From Eledone cirrhosa (taxonomy: Eukaryota), in assembly GCA_964016885.1 (NCBI GenBank), contig OZ024743.1, positions 23,684,001 to 23,748,000 on the forward strand: DNA of 64,000 bases, given 5' to 3'. Under the pieces are notes generated by a model. That model was not told the DNA's origin. It was given only the letters and a program-made list of their open reading frames with translations, and searched no databases. A program made the translations under genes and the position numbers. Position 1 is the stretch's first letter; every line of letters starts with the position of its first letter. Below are positions 50,318-64,000 of the stretch, in pieces.

Positions 50318-53300
50318 GTACATCTGTCTGTCTCACTGACAAATCCCAATAGCAGTCCAAAGATAAATAGATGGAACAAGTTCATTGTAATTTAGTGCAG
50401 ATGTTTGAAAGAAACTTATTTTAATTGATTTAAATGAATGTAAAATGCAATACGGCGATGGCTGAAGTGACAAGATAGTCGAGGATTCAAGCATCTTTAC
50501 ATAGAAAGTAATCAGGAAATTATTCAATTAAATAGTTTGTTTTACTATAAAATTGTGTGTGTATGTGTGTGTACATTCACGCACACATAATCATACTTTC
50601 ACACTCAGCCATATATGCATGTACGCCAAATACGCTGGATATCAAAATCTGTCTACAGATGTTACCACCGTCTGTTGCAGTTAATGACAGAAGTTTTATG
50701 TATTCTCAACAACTTCTAGCACCAAACATCATTATCATAGTGAACTGGCACTCGGTTTACTGCTGTTGTAAATTATTGCAGACGAAAGCAATAGACTTGT
50801 ATGAGTGTTGTTTCTCCGCCTTTTCCATACCCTGGTCATCTAGAATTGTGTTAACCGCATATAGGATATAGATGCTTACATCTGATGCTATTGTTATTGT
50901 TGTCGGTTTAATCAGTATGTTTAGGAGACTCTGATAGCAGAAGAAATATAAAGGCAAGACACTTTGAACTTCAGATTAAATGAACTGTTGCATTTGTATT
51001 GGCGTCGGACACCATGCTTCGCAACTTAGAGGTCTGAGTTCAAATCCCGCCGAGGATAGCTTTTCCTTTCATCCTTACGTGGTCGATAAAATAAAGCCCC
51101 AGTGATGCACTGGAGTCGATTTGATCGACTTTTCCTTCCTCTTCAAATTGCTGGCCTTGTGCCTAACGTAGAAACAATTATTTTATATAGCGGTTAGTAT
51201 GGTGCGCAGATGGTAAAAGAGCTCCTTTGGATGATTAGAGTTAAATTACTACCAGAGTCAGTGATATATGTTACTTGTAATATACTGGTGTCGGTTCATA
51301 CAATCCGTTATCGTCCCACATTTCCCTCTACTAAAATAACATTATGCTTAGTTAACTCCTAGTATCTAGTCTGCTGCTAAACCTGCTAGAAATAGCAGCT
51401 AAATCTCCCTTAAGTCACAGTTTACTATGCCATACAACGTTGATCTACCTATGGTATATTTACTGCATCGCATGCAGAAAAAAACATTTCATAGAAGTTA
51501 CTAATTGCACTGGTGTTCTTCATTATTTCAGCAATTGGCTACTATCTTTCAACAGTAGAGAAGTAGATAAATGGAATTGCTGGTGACACGATAACATTCG
51601 CCCAGCATATTCTGTAAAATGCTGGTGTCATGAAAAAGCACACAGTCCATCTTGTTAGGTGATAGTGTTGATGCCACGAGAAAATGAACCCTGTACACAC
51701 CATGAGTGATTGACCTTAGGAAAGGCATCCAGTCGAAGAATCCATGCCAGAATGGGACGTGTGCATGACACGTGACAACCCGTCTAAAACATGGAAACTA
51801 GCCGTAAAACAATGGTGACGACGGCGGTGGCTAATGTTTAGAAATGATTTGTTTCTGCTGTTGCTGCTTATGTCTGATGGCAACTACGACCGGTTCTTCG
51901 GAACTGAGTGTCATATGGGTTGTGTAAAATGTTTTGGAGTGCGCCACCCTGGCTCTGACGCCTAATTATAGCCCTTATCATAAGTTTGAATCACACAACA
52001 TCCATTTTCATGCTCTCCATAAGTCGGTAGTACTGATTTCTGATTGAAGGACAGACATCTAATTACTCTAAGTTAAACAATTGACTATTTGTTTTATTAG
52101 TACAGGATATGAATATTTATCAATATCTTTAAACAACCCAGAATTGTATGTACGTAATGAATCTCGTTTTTCGAAAGTAAAAATAAATCTATAAATGCAA
52201 GTAAAAGAACCCCCCCTTCCCCCCAAAAAAAATGTGTCCAAGAGATCATCTCGTCTTTTTAAATCACATCCGCCTTCTCCGAGACGAGTGTTATGGAGTT
52301 CTCAAAAAGAAGGGGTCACACAGAAAACTAAGTAATTTGTTACGATTTTGAAGGCCGTATTCGTTTAAACACACATTTTAAAAAAACGGGTGAAACAAAT
52401 TTCACCTTCATAATTCTAACCAAACCTATCATCTAACTACCCATAACATTATTTTTTTTTATTCATTATTACACACGTCTTGAAGACGAGTGTAATAAAA
52501 TAAACTTCCCATAACAATGTATCGACGTCTACATTCACCTGGATACACATCTTTCTTTCTTTCTTAACTAAGGTGTAAGTTGAGTAAGATTTTACTGCTA
52601 TTTCTAGCACGTTAAACAATCGTCTTGGAGTCCCCTTCCTTGGCTTTGTGTCTGTTAGCATGTGTTAATGTCATGGATTGCTCACATTTGTTTAAATTCT
52701 TAAACTGATACAGAATAATTTTCTTTGTTGAAGTTACAAGTAGTAACAGATGCTAATGTACAATGTTGTTGAGGAGGAGAGCAAAGCAAAAAGTATCTGA
52801 GTTTAATATTTGAACAGTTGTTGAAATGTCGTACTCAAACACCCTGCTCATATCTAGCTTCCCTACAGAGAGAGACATTCCAGCCTGGTTTAGCCATTTC
52901 CTGGCAGCTTTGTCTTTCACTTCATTTAGCATCTGACAGGCTAAATTTTCTCTCCCCATCCACTTTTTTTGTCTTCTTGCACTCTTCATACACATTTTTG
53001 TTGGGGAAGAGTTTCAAGTGCCTGGAATTCTGTGTTATGCTGTCTCTAACATAGCACTTCCTGTAACTCTTCTGTCAAATTCACACAAATTATCCCCGTT
53101 TTGATAAAATGTGAACATTGTGTGTGTAGGCCTTTGTAATTATGCATGAGTGTTATTTTCTTTCGTCCATATGTGTATACATCTATTTGTACTATAAATT
53201 TAGCTGACTCATAAATAATGAAATATTTAGTTAAAAATGTTGTGAAGCTGTTTTTGCCTTAATGAAGTTTTTGTTTATAAGAGAAAACAAAACGAGAATA

Positions 53301-53346
53301 TTTTTCCCTTATTTTTTAACTTCTCTGTAATATTATTAAGAGGATA

Positions 53347-53449
53347 ATCCCGCCGAGGTTGACTTTGCCTTTCATCCTTACGGGGTCGATAAAATAAAGT
53401 ACCAGTAATGCACTGGGTAATTGCTGGCCTTGTGCCTAAAGTAGAAACA
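53347..53449 (+). mobile_element. 5'-truncated SINE with 15-bp TSD
   Basis: ATTATTAAGAGGATA at 53332-53346 and 53450-53464. Confidence 0.9.
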
Positions 53450-56400
53450 ATTATTAAGAGGATAGTGGAGTTCATAATCGACTGAATCATAGAGGCGTCA
53501 CTGAAGACTTCATTCGACTACATGTTTATCTAATGTAAATCAACCTATTAATATAACCCATCCTTTATCAAGAAACAAAAATTGTGTTTTGTGTGATGTG
53601 TTGTTTTTACATCAGGTCAGCTCTAACTGAGCAGACTATGATCAAAAGTGTACAAAATGCAACCATCCTGTCTATAAGGTATAATAATGTGTTCACGATT
53701 AAATTATCTCGAGTACACGTCTTCATCTGGTGGATTGGCAGAATCGGTATAGCGTCGGACAACATGCTTAGCCTCACAGTTACGCCCCTTTACATTTTGA
53801 TTTCAAATCTCGCCGAGGTTAGCTTTGTCTTTCATCCTTATGGGGGTCAAGATAAAGTACCAGTAATGCACTGGGGTCGATTTAATCGACTTTCTCCCTC
53901 CCCTTCAAATTGCTGGCCTTGTGTTAAATGTGGAAACAATTATTTTGCATCCGCTTTCCACACTAGCATGGTTGCTCATGCGTTCCATATTTGGCATGTC
54001 TTTTCTGGTTGGATGCCTTTCTCAACACCAACCACCTTACAGTATGTACTGGGTGCATTTTTCATGACACTAACACATTATTGGGCATTCCTTTCTATTT
54101 AATCTATTGGAAGAGTTGAATTCAGCACTTGTCTGTTGTATAATGCTATTGCTTACTGTTGTAGAATGTATCTCCTTGTACTACTTAGTGACAGTTTAAG
54201 AATGTTTTATAAAATATAGTCTGAAATGTTAAAAGAATGAGTATTAACCTTTTAGTTTCCAACCCAGCTAAAACCGGATCTAGTTCTATGAAATAAAACC
54301 ACCCAATTTAAAGGTATCCAATTTAAATTCTCTACCAACATAATTTTATATAAGACCCTTACATTAAGTTACTTAGTCATGAAATTATTAATAATTTTAG
54401 TAAATCCCACAAAATTTTTCATCAATTAATTGAAATAGTGTGTATTTCATTAGAATTATGGTCATGAAAGGGTTAAAGGTACGTCTCATTGCCTGTGTGT
54501 GTATGGATGCAGCATGGCAGAATGGTTAAGTTTACTTCACACTCATTAGGTCCTGAATTTTACCCCACTGCATGGTGTCTTGGGCAAGTGTAATACTGTA
54601 TTTGTAAATTTAAAATTCATTAGTAAAAGAAAATGATTAAAATCAAATTATGTTTGATATTAGTTAAAGAAAGCATGAGGTGATAAATTGTTAGTCACTA
54701 GAATGTCAAATAGAACGAATACTGCAAAGCATTCTATCTCTGTATTCGGAGTTAAAATCCTTCTGTGGTCAACTTTGCCTTTCATCCTTTTAAGGTTGAT
54801 AAAAGAAGTATCAGGTCAATTCTCCCCCCCCCCCTTCTCTCTCAAGAAGAAATCAGCTGTTCAGACCTGAACAAAAATGGGCTCAACCAGGTTTAATAGG
54901 AGTTAAGGATCTAAATATACATACAAAGAAAATATGAAAGAGAATTATAGTAGTTAGTTTAAATGAATATAAAATGAAAATATTGATTAGATTGCCTTTT
55001 ACTTAAAATGAAAGCACTCCAAGCTAACTCCTAAAGGCAGGGCACCAGGCCTTTCTGGGAAAGTTATATAATGAGTTCCTGTCCATTCACCTGCTTAAAT
55101 TTGAAGGTCCCAAAATTGAGCACTAACCCTATTATATATACTTATATATATATCATTTGCCTTCTCCATATGATTCGAGCACAGCTAACAATATATTTTA
55201 TACACTTACTCAGATTGAACCACTGAAAGTTAGTCTAGTCTGGCAGGTTGACTCACTAACCACTTTCTAAGATTTTGATTGCTCAGAGTGACAAACAGAT
55301 GTAAAAATATTAAGGTTGTGTGGTGGAAAGAAGTGGACTGAAGGAATTTTGTTACATAAGATTTCAAAATAATTAGGATTACTTGTTTGACAGGAAATAT
55401 TTACAGAGGAAGTTATAAAATATAGTTAATGCAATTGTGCTGGCCTGCCTGATATGATTGACACCCTTCACTTGCAATATTATCTTCATATTCTGGCATT
55501 AAAATTAAAAAAATGTCTTAATCTACACTATTCCAGCTACAATTAAAAGAAGGTTCTGGAAAGAAATAGACATGTTAATACCAGGAGTTGTGCCAATAAT
55601 CAATAATAATGTGAATAAATATTAGGAATAGGAATGGGCCTCTGTTGTTTCAATGAGAAGTGTTCAAGTTGTTTGATCTACACAACAACCTACTCGTGAA
55701 ATTAACGTGTAAGTGACTGAGCATTCCACAAACACGAGTACCCGCAATGTAATTTTCAGAGAGGTTCAGCGTGGCACAATGTGTGTGACCAGACTAACCC
55801 TTTGAATAACTGGTATAATCCATCAGATGGGCTTCCAAACAGTTTCTACTTATCCAGTTTCATTCACAAGGCATGGATCAACATGATGCTATGGTAAATA
55901 ACAAATGCCTAAGATGCCATGCAGTGGGATAAAAACCAGAACATAATAATTGCAAACTTCTTCATCATTCAGCCATGTTGTATCCATTATTATACTATTG
56001 AGTTAAGTAAAATGGAATGTGTATCATTCATGTCTTTTTCTCAAAGAAATCGGAAGTTTAAAGTGAAATGAATTGTTTCTAATCTCATCTTGCTGGGAAC
56101 ATACCACTCCTATACAGCCTTTGTGTGTAGTGAAAATACACCAATATTGGTTGATGGTTGGCATAGACAGAAGAGCCTGAAATGTTTAGGTGTGTTGCAA
56201 GGTGTAATGTTTTCTTGCAGTATCATTATCGTAAAGGTACCAATAGTTTGCTGGTGTCGATTTGATCGACTATATGTTTATATCCCCTAAAATTGAGATT
56301 GAAAAGAAAGAATGGATTGTAATATATTTTTTTTTAAAAACCGAAAAGGGAGAGGGAATGGCAAGGGCTCTAGTGTCACAGAAGAATGGGGAGGGGAGTG

Positions 56401-59400
56401 ATTGGGCTCGGGGCTGCACTCCCGCGAACATGACCGCAAAAGCATTCCCACAGAAATGAAAAGGGGTAATAAGATTAGTACATGAGAAGAAATGAGTTCT
56501 GACTGTTTTGGACATCAACGCTTCTTCGAAGAAATAAAACGGGTGTTCCCAGACCCTACTTGAACTGTCACAATTCACCTCTCCCCACAGTTCATTAACT
56601 TATCTTATGAATTTATTAACTGTTTCTTTCCAACATAGATCATCGCTATTTTCCTCAGACTGCTTTATTTATTCCCCCTCCCCTTCAACATCTGAAATTA
56701 TATTAACTGTTTGTTTATTCCTGATGCAGTCTCTCACTATTTTCTTCATTTTTTCTGTTACGTTTTTTCTTCTGAAATGTTTACAGCTGGTGGTTGACTC
56801 ATAGTGAACTTAGGGTAAGTACAATAGGGAAAGTCTATCTTAATATTATAATGCTCCTGTAGACATCAACGATACATATGCATGTGACCAATACGAAGTA
56901 ACTGTTAAAAGAATGTCAATTTTCCTTTTTTTTTTTTATAAAGAGGTTTGTTTTTTTTCCACACTGAAAGCTATTTAATGAGCTCCATGACAAACTAGAT
57001 CGTAGGAACTTCACTTACTGGCTTTACATATACTAATTCTGTAACTCCTGATAAAGTCGTGGGAGCGCTGTTGTACGTGTCTTAGGCACTTTAAACTTGA
57101 CGGGGCCCATTCCCCACTCCATATTTGAACAGTCGATTTCTTCCAGAAAGGGAGAAAGTGATATAGAGGAAGAATCTACTCCGGTACCAGACTGGTACAT
57201 TTGTTATCGGTCGGGAAAGGATGAAAGGCAAAATTGAACTCGGAGCACAGAGAACCAGAACGACTACCACAAAGCACTCTATCTGGCATTCAAACAGCTA
57301 CCAATTCGCCGCCTGGAATTAGTATTTATTAGTGTATATTGAAGTATAAGGCGGCGGCGAATTGGCATAGACGTTAGAACGTCGAATAGAATACTTTGTT
57401 ATTCGTTCCGGCTCTCAGCTCTCTCAGTTCAAATCCCGCCGAAGTCAACTTTGCCTTTCAAGATCGATAAAAAAAGTACCAGTCTTGTACTGGAGTCGAT
57501 TTTTTTTTTCCTCTATCTGGAAGAAATCTGCTGTACTCAGGCCTGGAGAGGTATGGGCTCCGCTAGGCTAAAAATGTCCAAGAAACGCCGTATGCCAATA
57601 CGGCGCCCTTACGACTCAATCAGGAGTTACGGGTCCATACTATATGTCAGTTAGGTGTAATCTTCATTTTTTTCCCCCCCTTTAGATCGGTTTGAACTTA
57701 GCACAGCAAGGTGATGAAATATTTGTTGAAAACATTACGTAGTTTCGCCTCTATTTTCAGCATGTAACAATACAATCGTTTGACTGAATCAATACAGAAG
57801 TAGGGGTGTGGTGTAAGATCAAAGGCATTTGATTGCAACCATGATAGATTTTTTTTTTTTTTTTTTTTTTTTATTCAGATTGTTATTTCACACTGCATTT
57901 ATCCAATATGTTTTCTTTTTTCTTTGAAGTCAGTAGGATATAATTTGCGAAAGATTTGGTTGCTATTTCTAGCAGTAAAGAGACTTCATCAATGGCTCGC
58001 CAATAGATTTGATTTGGTTGGTTTGTGTGGAAGATGTATGTTGAAAGTAAGAACATCCTGTTTAAAGAATCGAATAGGGATTTCTGGTCGGCTTCAAGAG
58101 ATTAAATTTATGATACGGGATTTAAAAAAGAAAAACACTCACAATCACATATATTATAGATATGTTCTCACACATTCTTTAATATTTATAAAATATCGAT
58201 AGAGCACCGCACAACATGCTTGGGGCATAGTGTTCCGACTCTTTACCTTCTGAGTTTAAATACCCTGAGGTTAGTTTTGCCTTTCATCCTTACGGGGTCG
58301 ATAAAATAAAGCACCAGTAATGCACTGGAGGTCGATTTAATCAACTTTCCCCTCCCCCAAAATTGCTGGCCTTGTGCCTATAGTAGAAATCATTTATAAA
58401 ATATATGGGCAGTGGCTTAGCAGTATATGTAAAGTGTCGGACAAAATGATTTGTGGTATATAGATAGTTACTGCCCTTTACATTCTGAGTTCAAATCCCA
58501 CTGGAGTCAACGTTATCTTTTTTTCCTTCCGGAGACCATAAAATAAAGTCAATGGGTCGATTTAATCGACTTCCCCTCGCCTCAAATTACTCTTGTGCCT
58601 AAAGTAGAAACTATTATTTATAAAATATATGGATCCTCTGCCAGTTTCGACTCTAAATGTTCCGGTTGTTCAATCAACTAATCTATCTATTATTTTAATA
58701 TAATCAAGCATAATCAACGAAATTATGTGTAACAAGACCAACCCTTTGAATTATATGTATATTCCACCTTTATATTCTACTTTGTCCAGTTTTGACTCAC
58801 AAAACTTGGATCGACTTGATGTGATTGAAGACATTCGCCCAATGTATCACAGACCTAGGTTCTCTTGATTGAAAAACGAATTTTGTAACACTTTGGTAGC
58901 TATACATACTCCTCCTGTCCTGTAACTGATAGTCGTAAGGGCGCCGCAATGACATACGGCGTTTCTTGGGCATTGTAAAGCCTGGCGGAGCCCATCCCTC
59001 TCCAGGCCTGATACAGCAGATTTCTTCCAGAGAAAGATAGAAAGGAAATGAGAAAGAAATATAGAGGAAGAATCGACCTCAGTACTAGTCTGGTACTTTT
59101 TTTATCGACTTGAAAAGGATGACAGGCGGGATTTGAACTCCGAGAGCAGAAAGCCGGAACGAATACCATAAAACATTCTAACAAATCTACCAATTCAACG
59201 CCAGATATACGTACTAACCTGAATTTACTCTCACATACAAATATGTACATTCACTGAGTAAGACACCTGCATATTAGTATACTAAAACATTACTTATATA
59301 ACATATACATGCCACAGCAGTTATTCGCGCACTCACACTCTGTACATAAATATATGCATAATACAGTGTCCTGAAAATAAGGCAGCATTCAGACAGTTAT

Positions 59401-59577
59401 ATAACGATAAATACTGGCTTACTTATGAGACAGTGTGTACGAAAACTTACTGTATAAACACGTGTTATAAACAACACTAGAGTATGTTTTAAAGTTTACT
59501 AGCTGAGCGTGGCCATGAATGGATGTTTGGTGATGCGGTGGGGAAGCGCATAGAATTGCAAGGAAATGGGTGAAACA

Positions 59578-59613
<36 letters not shown>

Positions 59614-60508
59614 GAGATAGAGGAGGGGGCATTACGAAAAAAATGGGTGTGTATTTGTTTAAAAAATAGAAGATGAATTGTAAAAACAAAAAAATATATA
59701 TAGAAAGGAATAAGAAAACAGGTTGGTAGCGGAAAATCTTTAATGGTCTGTTTACAATTGTGGTTTCTTGATTTAAAACTCGCGTCCGTCTGCCCCTCCA
59801 TTCTTCTCAACATACGCACAAACAGACTGATTTCCCTTCCTCTCTCGTTTCTTCCTCAGTCTGTATCATATATACACTTGCATAAGTAAGGTTTTTCGTG
59901 GTCGTGGGTATCATGCGTATTCATTATCCCAGAATACTGCAGCTTAGCCAATGAAATGCTCGATCTGATAGAAATAGCTGCCATTTCTTGCCCAAATTAC
60001 ACTTTTTTTTTTTTTTTTTTTTTTTTTTAAAGGCTTAGTCAGAAAAGGAAGGGCCGCCCACGTAACCTTTTTGAATGGCTCCCAAACTGCTGAGAGAAAT
60101 TATCCTCCGACCAGGAAGAGGCATAGCTCGAATATTTGCAAGAGCGGGCTCTTTTAACGGCGCCCACTGACTAGGTGATAGTGCTAAACTGATTATATAT
60201 ACCATTCCAAAACAGGTCTCGTCACAGCTTCCATACTACCTCTTATAGGTCTTGTACCATCAGGGTAGTGTTTGGAAATTAAAATAATGATTTGCTGTGA
60301 AGTTGTCGAGCAGACCTTTTGAAAAAAATTCCAGCCATGATCATCTGCCCCCCCCCCCCCCCCACACCCCATCATCATCATCAAGATTGGATGATCTAAT
60401 TCTAGATATACTATATGTTAATCCACTTTTCAAGGCAGTCGAATTTCAGGGAGACTTGGCTGTTGTTTCTAGAGACAACTGCACGGAAGGTCTCTTTTAT
60501 AGTGAGAG

Positions 60509-62471
60509 TAGGGCTGCCTAAACTTTTTTCTCGATAGTACCGAAATATACAAAAACGTACCAAATCCAATTGCCCACTTCCATACACCTCCAACGTTCTA
60601 ACACTCCAACCTTTACCAACTAATTGCCCCTCCCTTTACCTACTTCTCCAATCCCCATCCTACATACATGCACCTCCACATCCCAGCCCACACTGTAAAG
60701 AAGTCGTTTTGGTGCCACAACAAAAAGTACCCAGTCCACACTGTAAATTTGGTTGGTGTTAGGAAGAGCATCCGGCTGTAGAAACTAAGCCAGAATCAGT
60801 TCTGTATGAGCAAGACATGGTCATATGATCTGGGTTTTCTCACGAGACAACTCGCCTAACTCATACTAGCGTAGAAAATGGACGTAAAACAGTAGTGATG
60901 GTGAAACCTACATATGTTAAAAAAAGAAAGAAAATGTTTTACATTTACTTTAGGTATTTTAATTTAAAAGAAATTTCTGCCACCCTTTTCTTGCTGTACC
61001 AGTTTCTTGCAGTTTGAGACAAAGTTGCTGTCGTGGGTGCCACTTAGTGCAGTCGACATTTTGCTGCAGAGACGTTGATCTAAGCAGGGCATTCAATGTT
61101 GGTGTTTTTAAAGCATAGCGATTTTTTTTTTGGTTTTTCTGTTAAGATCAAAACTCTTTCTGCAGCTGCTGAAGAATGTGGTAATAAAAGAAGTTGCATC
61201 ATGAATTTAGATAGTAACGGATATATGCCACCACATTTTTTTTTTTTTTAGAAACAAGAAACCAGTGTTTCTCAGGCCCATTTTGTGTATTAAGGAATGC
61301 ATCTTGCAAAGTCAATTCCCTCCATTCGCTATTTGTTGATATTGGCCTTCATAAGCAGGTTGGAAATTTTCATTGACAATGGTACGATCGATTTCGGTTT
61401 ACCTTCAATAAATTAGTCAGGTCTAAAGCTACTAGAACAAGTTGCTTGTTGCTAAAAATTAGCATTGTTTCATATACAATAAGGGAGAACTTGGCTGAAT
61501 TTAGCTTAGACAATAAATCATTGAAAGCATGGGAACTGATCACATTTGAACAAATGCAAGCTCCTTTAGTTCTTGTGCACTTGATGTCGTTGGCAATATG
61601 GCTGGGCAAATGATCCAAAATAGCAATGGGTGTAGTCAGCTGATGCTATTTTGGTTAAGTGAGCAGAACATTGAGCAGGCTTTATGAACTCTGTCACCTT
61701 CACTGTTTGTTTCACTGCTTTATGAACTCTGTCACCTTCACTGTTTGTTTCACTACTTTCGTTTGGTGTTTTTCTGTCTCTTTATGCCTTTCTATTTGAC
61801 TTAAACTACCAGCTACCTCACAATTGCACAATTTACAGTGCCCTTCACTTGTGTTCTTTATATTCAATTCCAACCACGATGAAAATTTCTCGTTTAATAA
61901 TTTTGACGGTAGATTTCAGTTTTTTCTTCTGGAGAGTGTCATTTTCCTCACTACCAGAATGATATTCTAACTCACTTTTTCCCCACTCATGATGGGTTCA
62001 AAATGTTTCTCAAAAAAGCAAAACAGTTCAGATATTGATAAATGAGACTACCAAAGCATATTGCACACTGTGACTTCAACTGAACTGACATGATTGTCTT
62101 CTGAGAATTCATCTATATGAGGGTGTCCTTGCGTATTCAAGCAAAATGTCCACTGGTCGACTGTGAGCGAATAATGTGTTATTATTGGCTACCAGGATAA
62201 TACAGATGGTTAGCTATCGATTTGAAATACTTTGCAGACGAGTTATTGACGTCGAGCAAATATATTTGATGGATATCTTCAAGACGTAAAGGTCGTTATA
62301 GTTGATGAATGGTAAATCATTAAAAAGTGATTTTAGAATATCAATTAAGCTAAATTCGCACAGCAAGTACAATCTGTAAAACGTACCTAAAAATCCGGAC
62401 GTTGTACCAAACGTACAGAAAAGTCAAATTAAGGGCAAATTTGTACGAACGTACCAACCTCGGCAGCGGTG
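60509..62471 (-). mobile_element. Internally deleted hAT DNA transposon (Tip100/Zaphod-like) with nested LINE-tail repeat
   Basis: Minus strand BED finger WLEL...HCKLCNCEVAGSLSQIERHKETEKH (about 61765-61885); IKCTRTK...FSLIVYETM..SNKQL; hATC motif YPLLSKFMMQLLLLPHSSAAAERV (about 61155-61225). Termini TAGGGCTGCC / GGCAGCGGTG, subterminal CGTAC repeats, flanks AGTGAGAG / AGTGTCAG (6 of 8). Confidence 0.85.
61679..61754. repeat. Perfect 38-bp tandem duplication within the hAT transposase remnant
   Basis: GCTTTATGAACTCTGTCACCTTCACTGTTTGTTTCACT x2. Confidence 0.95.
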
Positions 62472-64000
62472 AGTGTCAGAGATCTAAGTGTCAAAATGGT
62501 CGATAATTCCTGAATTGATTCTGGCTTAATAATAGAAATGTTTTTTTTTTTAAATTAACGTAATTAAATAGTGTTGTGGCACTAACAAACACCTACTCTT
62601 TTGGTTATTCTTTATAGCGGTGAAAAACATTTACTTTATCCTACTTTAATATTTTTCAATATAAGCGTTTAAAGTAATTTTTAAAAAATTGTTTCCAAAA
62701 CCTAGTATGATCATGGTTTCATTTTTTTTCATCTTGGCCTCCAAGACAAAAACATTTCTAATCTGGCCTGACTCCGAAAATGTTTAAAACACCTGTTTTA
62801 GATTAAGCAAATCCCTATGCTTACATGTACAGTATCTCAATTATGTCTTCCAATTGACGATTCAATAACTTCATAGCATATTCAACGGGAAAACAAAAAT
62901 TAAATTGTGATCATTGACTATACTTTCCAAATGAATTTTCAGTAAATTTATAATTTGATATTGGTAAATACCTGGAATTTACCATTTCATGAATGTGTTT
63001 AGAAATGTTATTCTATATTTCTTTTTCACTTTTTATAACTTCTGAATAAAATTGGGTAGACGGGAATTTTGTATGGAGGGAAGCACTTGTATTGGATTGT
63101 ACCCCTAATTCAAAGGTACAGCCTTTGTCATGTATTCCACCGCGTTGACTTGACCTGAGAATTACATAAAAAGAGCATATGTCTGTGGGATACTCAGCCA
63201 CTTGTGCATTAATTTAACGAGTAGGTAGTTCGGTTGATTTAAAAATTGAAACCGACGGCGAAACGATCCATCATATCATCGCTCTTGAGTTTGTTTTATT
63301 TTTGCTTTTTAAATTTATATCTTACCCACATAAACAATCTAGATGTTTTAAACAACCTCAGTGATATAGACTTTTTTGGTCTAGACATTGTATTCGTTTG
63401 TTACTTATTTTGATTCTGTCCATCGTGAAAAGGGTCTTCACAGTAATTGACGATGTTTGGTTGAGTAAGTAGTGGTCATAATTATCGTCTCGTGTTTGAA
63501 CACGCAACTAAATTGATAAAATGAAACAGCAGAATATAAAGGGAAATAGTTATTAATCTGCGCCTGCAAATAGTCGTTAGTTAAAGTTCTCAATGTGAAA
63601 TAAATTGACTATAAGAATGTAACCAACAATAATTATTAACCATATCAGCACGTTCTAATTAGTTAAGTCATCCATGTCTGTGTGGTCTAATCGATTAAGA
63701 CTGTTCTGTCATCATATATCGTTTACACTAGCTATGTCAACACAGTTTCATCTGATAATCGTGTAAGAAAGGGGGAGTGGAGTTATTCGAGTGCTAAATT
63801 GAAATATGTATTTAGTACTCGATTGCATGTAAATCCCTACTGTACCCGTCTTTGTATTGTCCTATATGTTCGGCCCCTGTGGCCAAATATAAAAAAATCA
63901 TTATCACACGCGATTCGGAGATGGGTGTAATAGTAAAATAAAATCAATTTTCAGAGTTAGATAGGTTTTGTTAGAATTTTGAAGCTAAAATTTGTTTTTT

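Noticed and set aside
53584-54102. 172-aa plus-strand ORF
   Set aside because: Runs through a SINE and a LINE-tail repeat; chance open frame.
63225-63275. Further hammerhead candidates (also about 1520, 17530, 18125, 36150, 59365)
   Set aside because: Stem plus GAAA or a partial core only; too many mismatches to distinguish from chance.

Overview
An AT-rich, repeat-dense eukaryotic window with no long intact ORF. It looks like intronic or intergenic animal DNA; the SINE/LINE complement suggests an octopus (coleoid cephalopod), which is my recognition and not a database result. Contents: dozens of tRNA-derived SINE copies, decayed RTE-type LINEs, a CRE/R2-type endonuclease fragment, an internally deleted hAT transposon, mariner, Tigger-like, hAT and piggyBac-like MITEs, a Helitron 3' end, and many (TA)n/(CA)n microsatellites. 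There are a few low-confidence candidate exons (about 16.0, 33.3 and 35.3 kb). The most notable signal is a set of minimal type-I hammerhead ribozyme (HHR) motifs: three with intact CUGAUGA/GAAA/UH cores and well-paired helices (9.5 kb, and a mirrored pair at 13.8/13.9 kb), plus variant, decayed or half copies. Most lie in or beside (TA)n-flanked foldback inverted repeats, as expected for Penelope-like pseudo-LTR remnants. Two foldback breakpoints fall in the HHR stem-II loop. All coordinates and pairings were read by eye; element boundaries are approximate unless a TSD or TIR is quoted.
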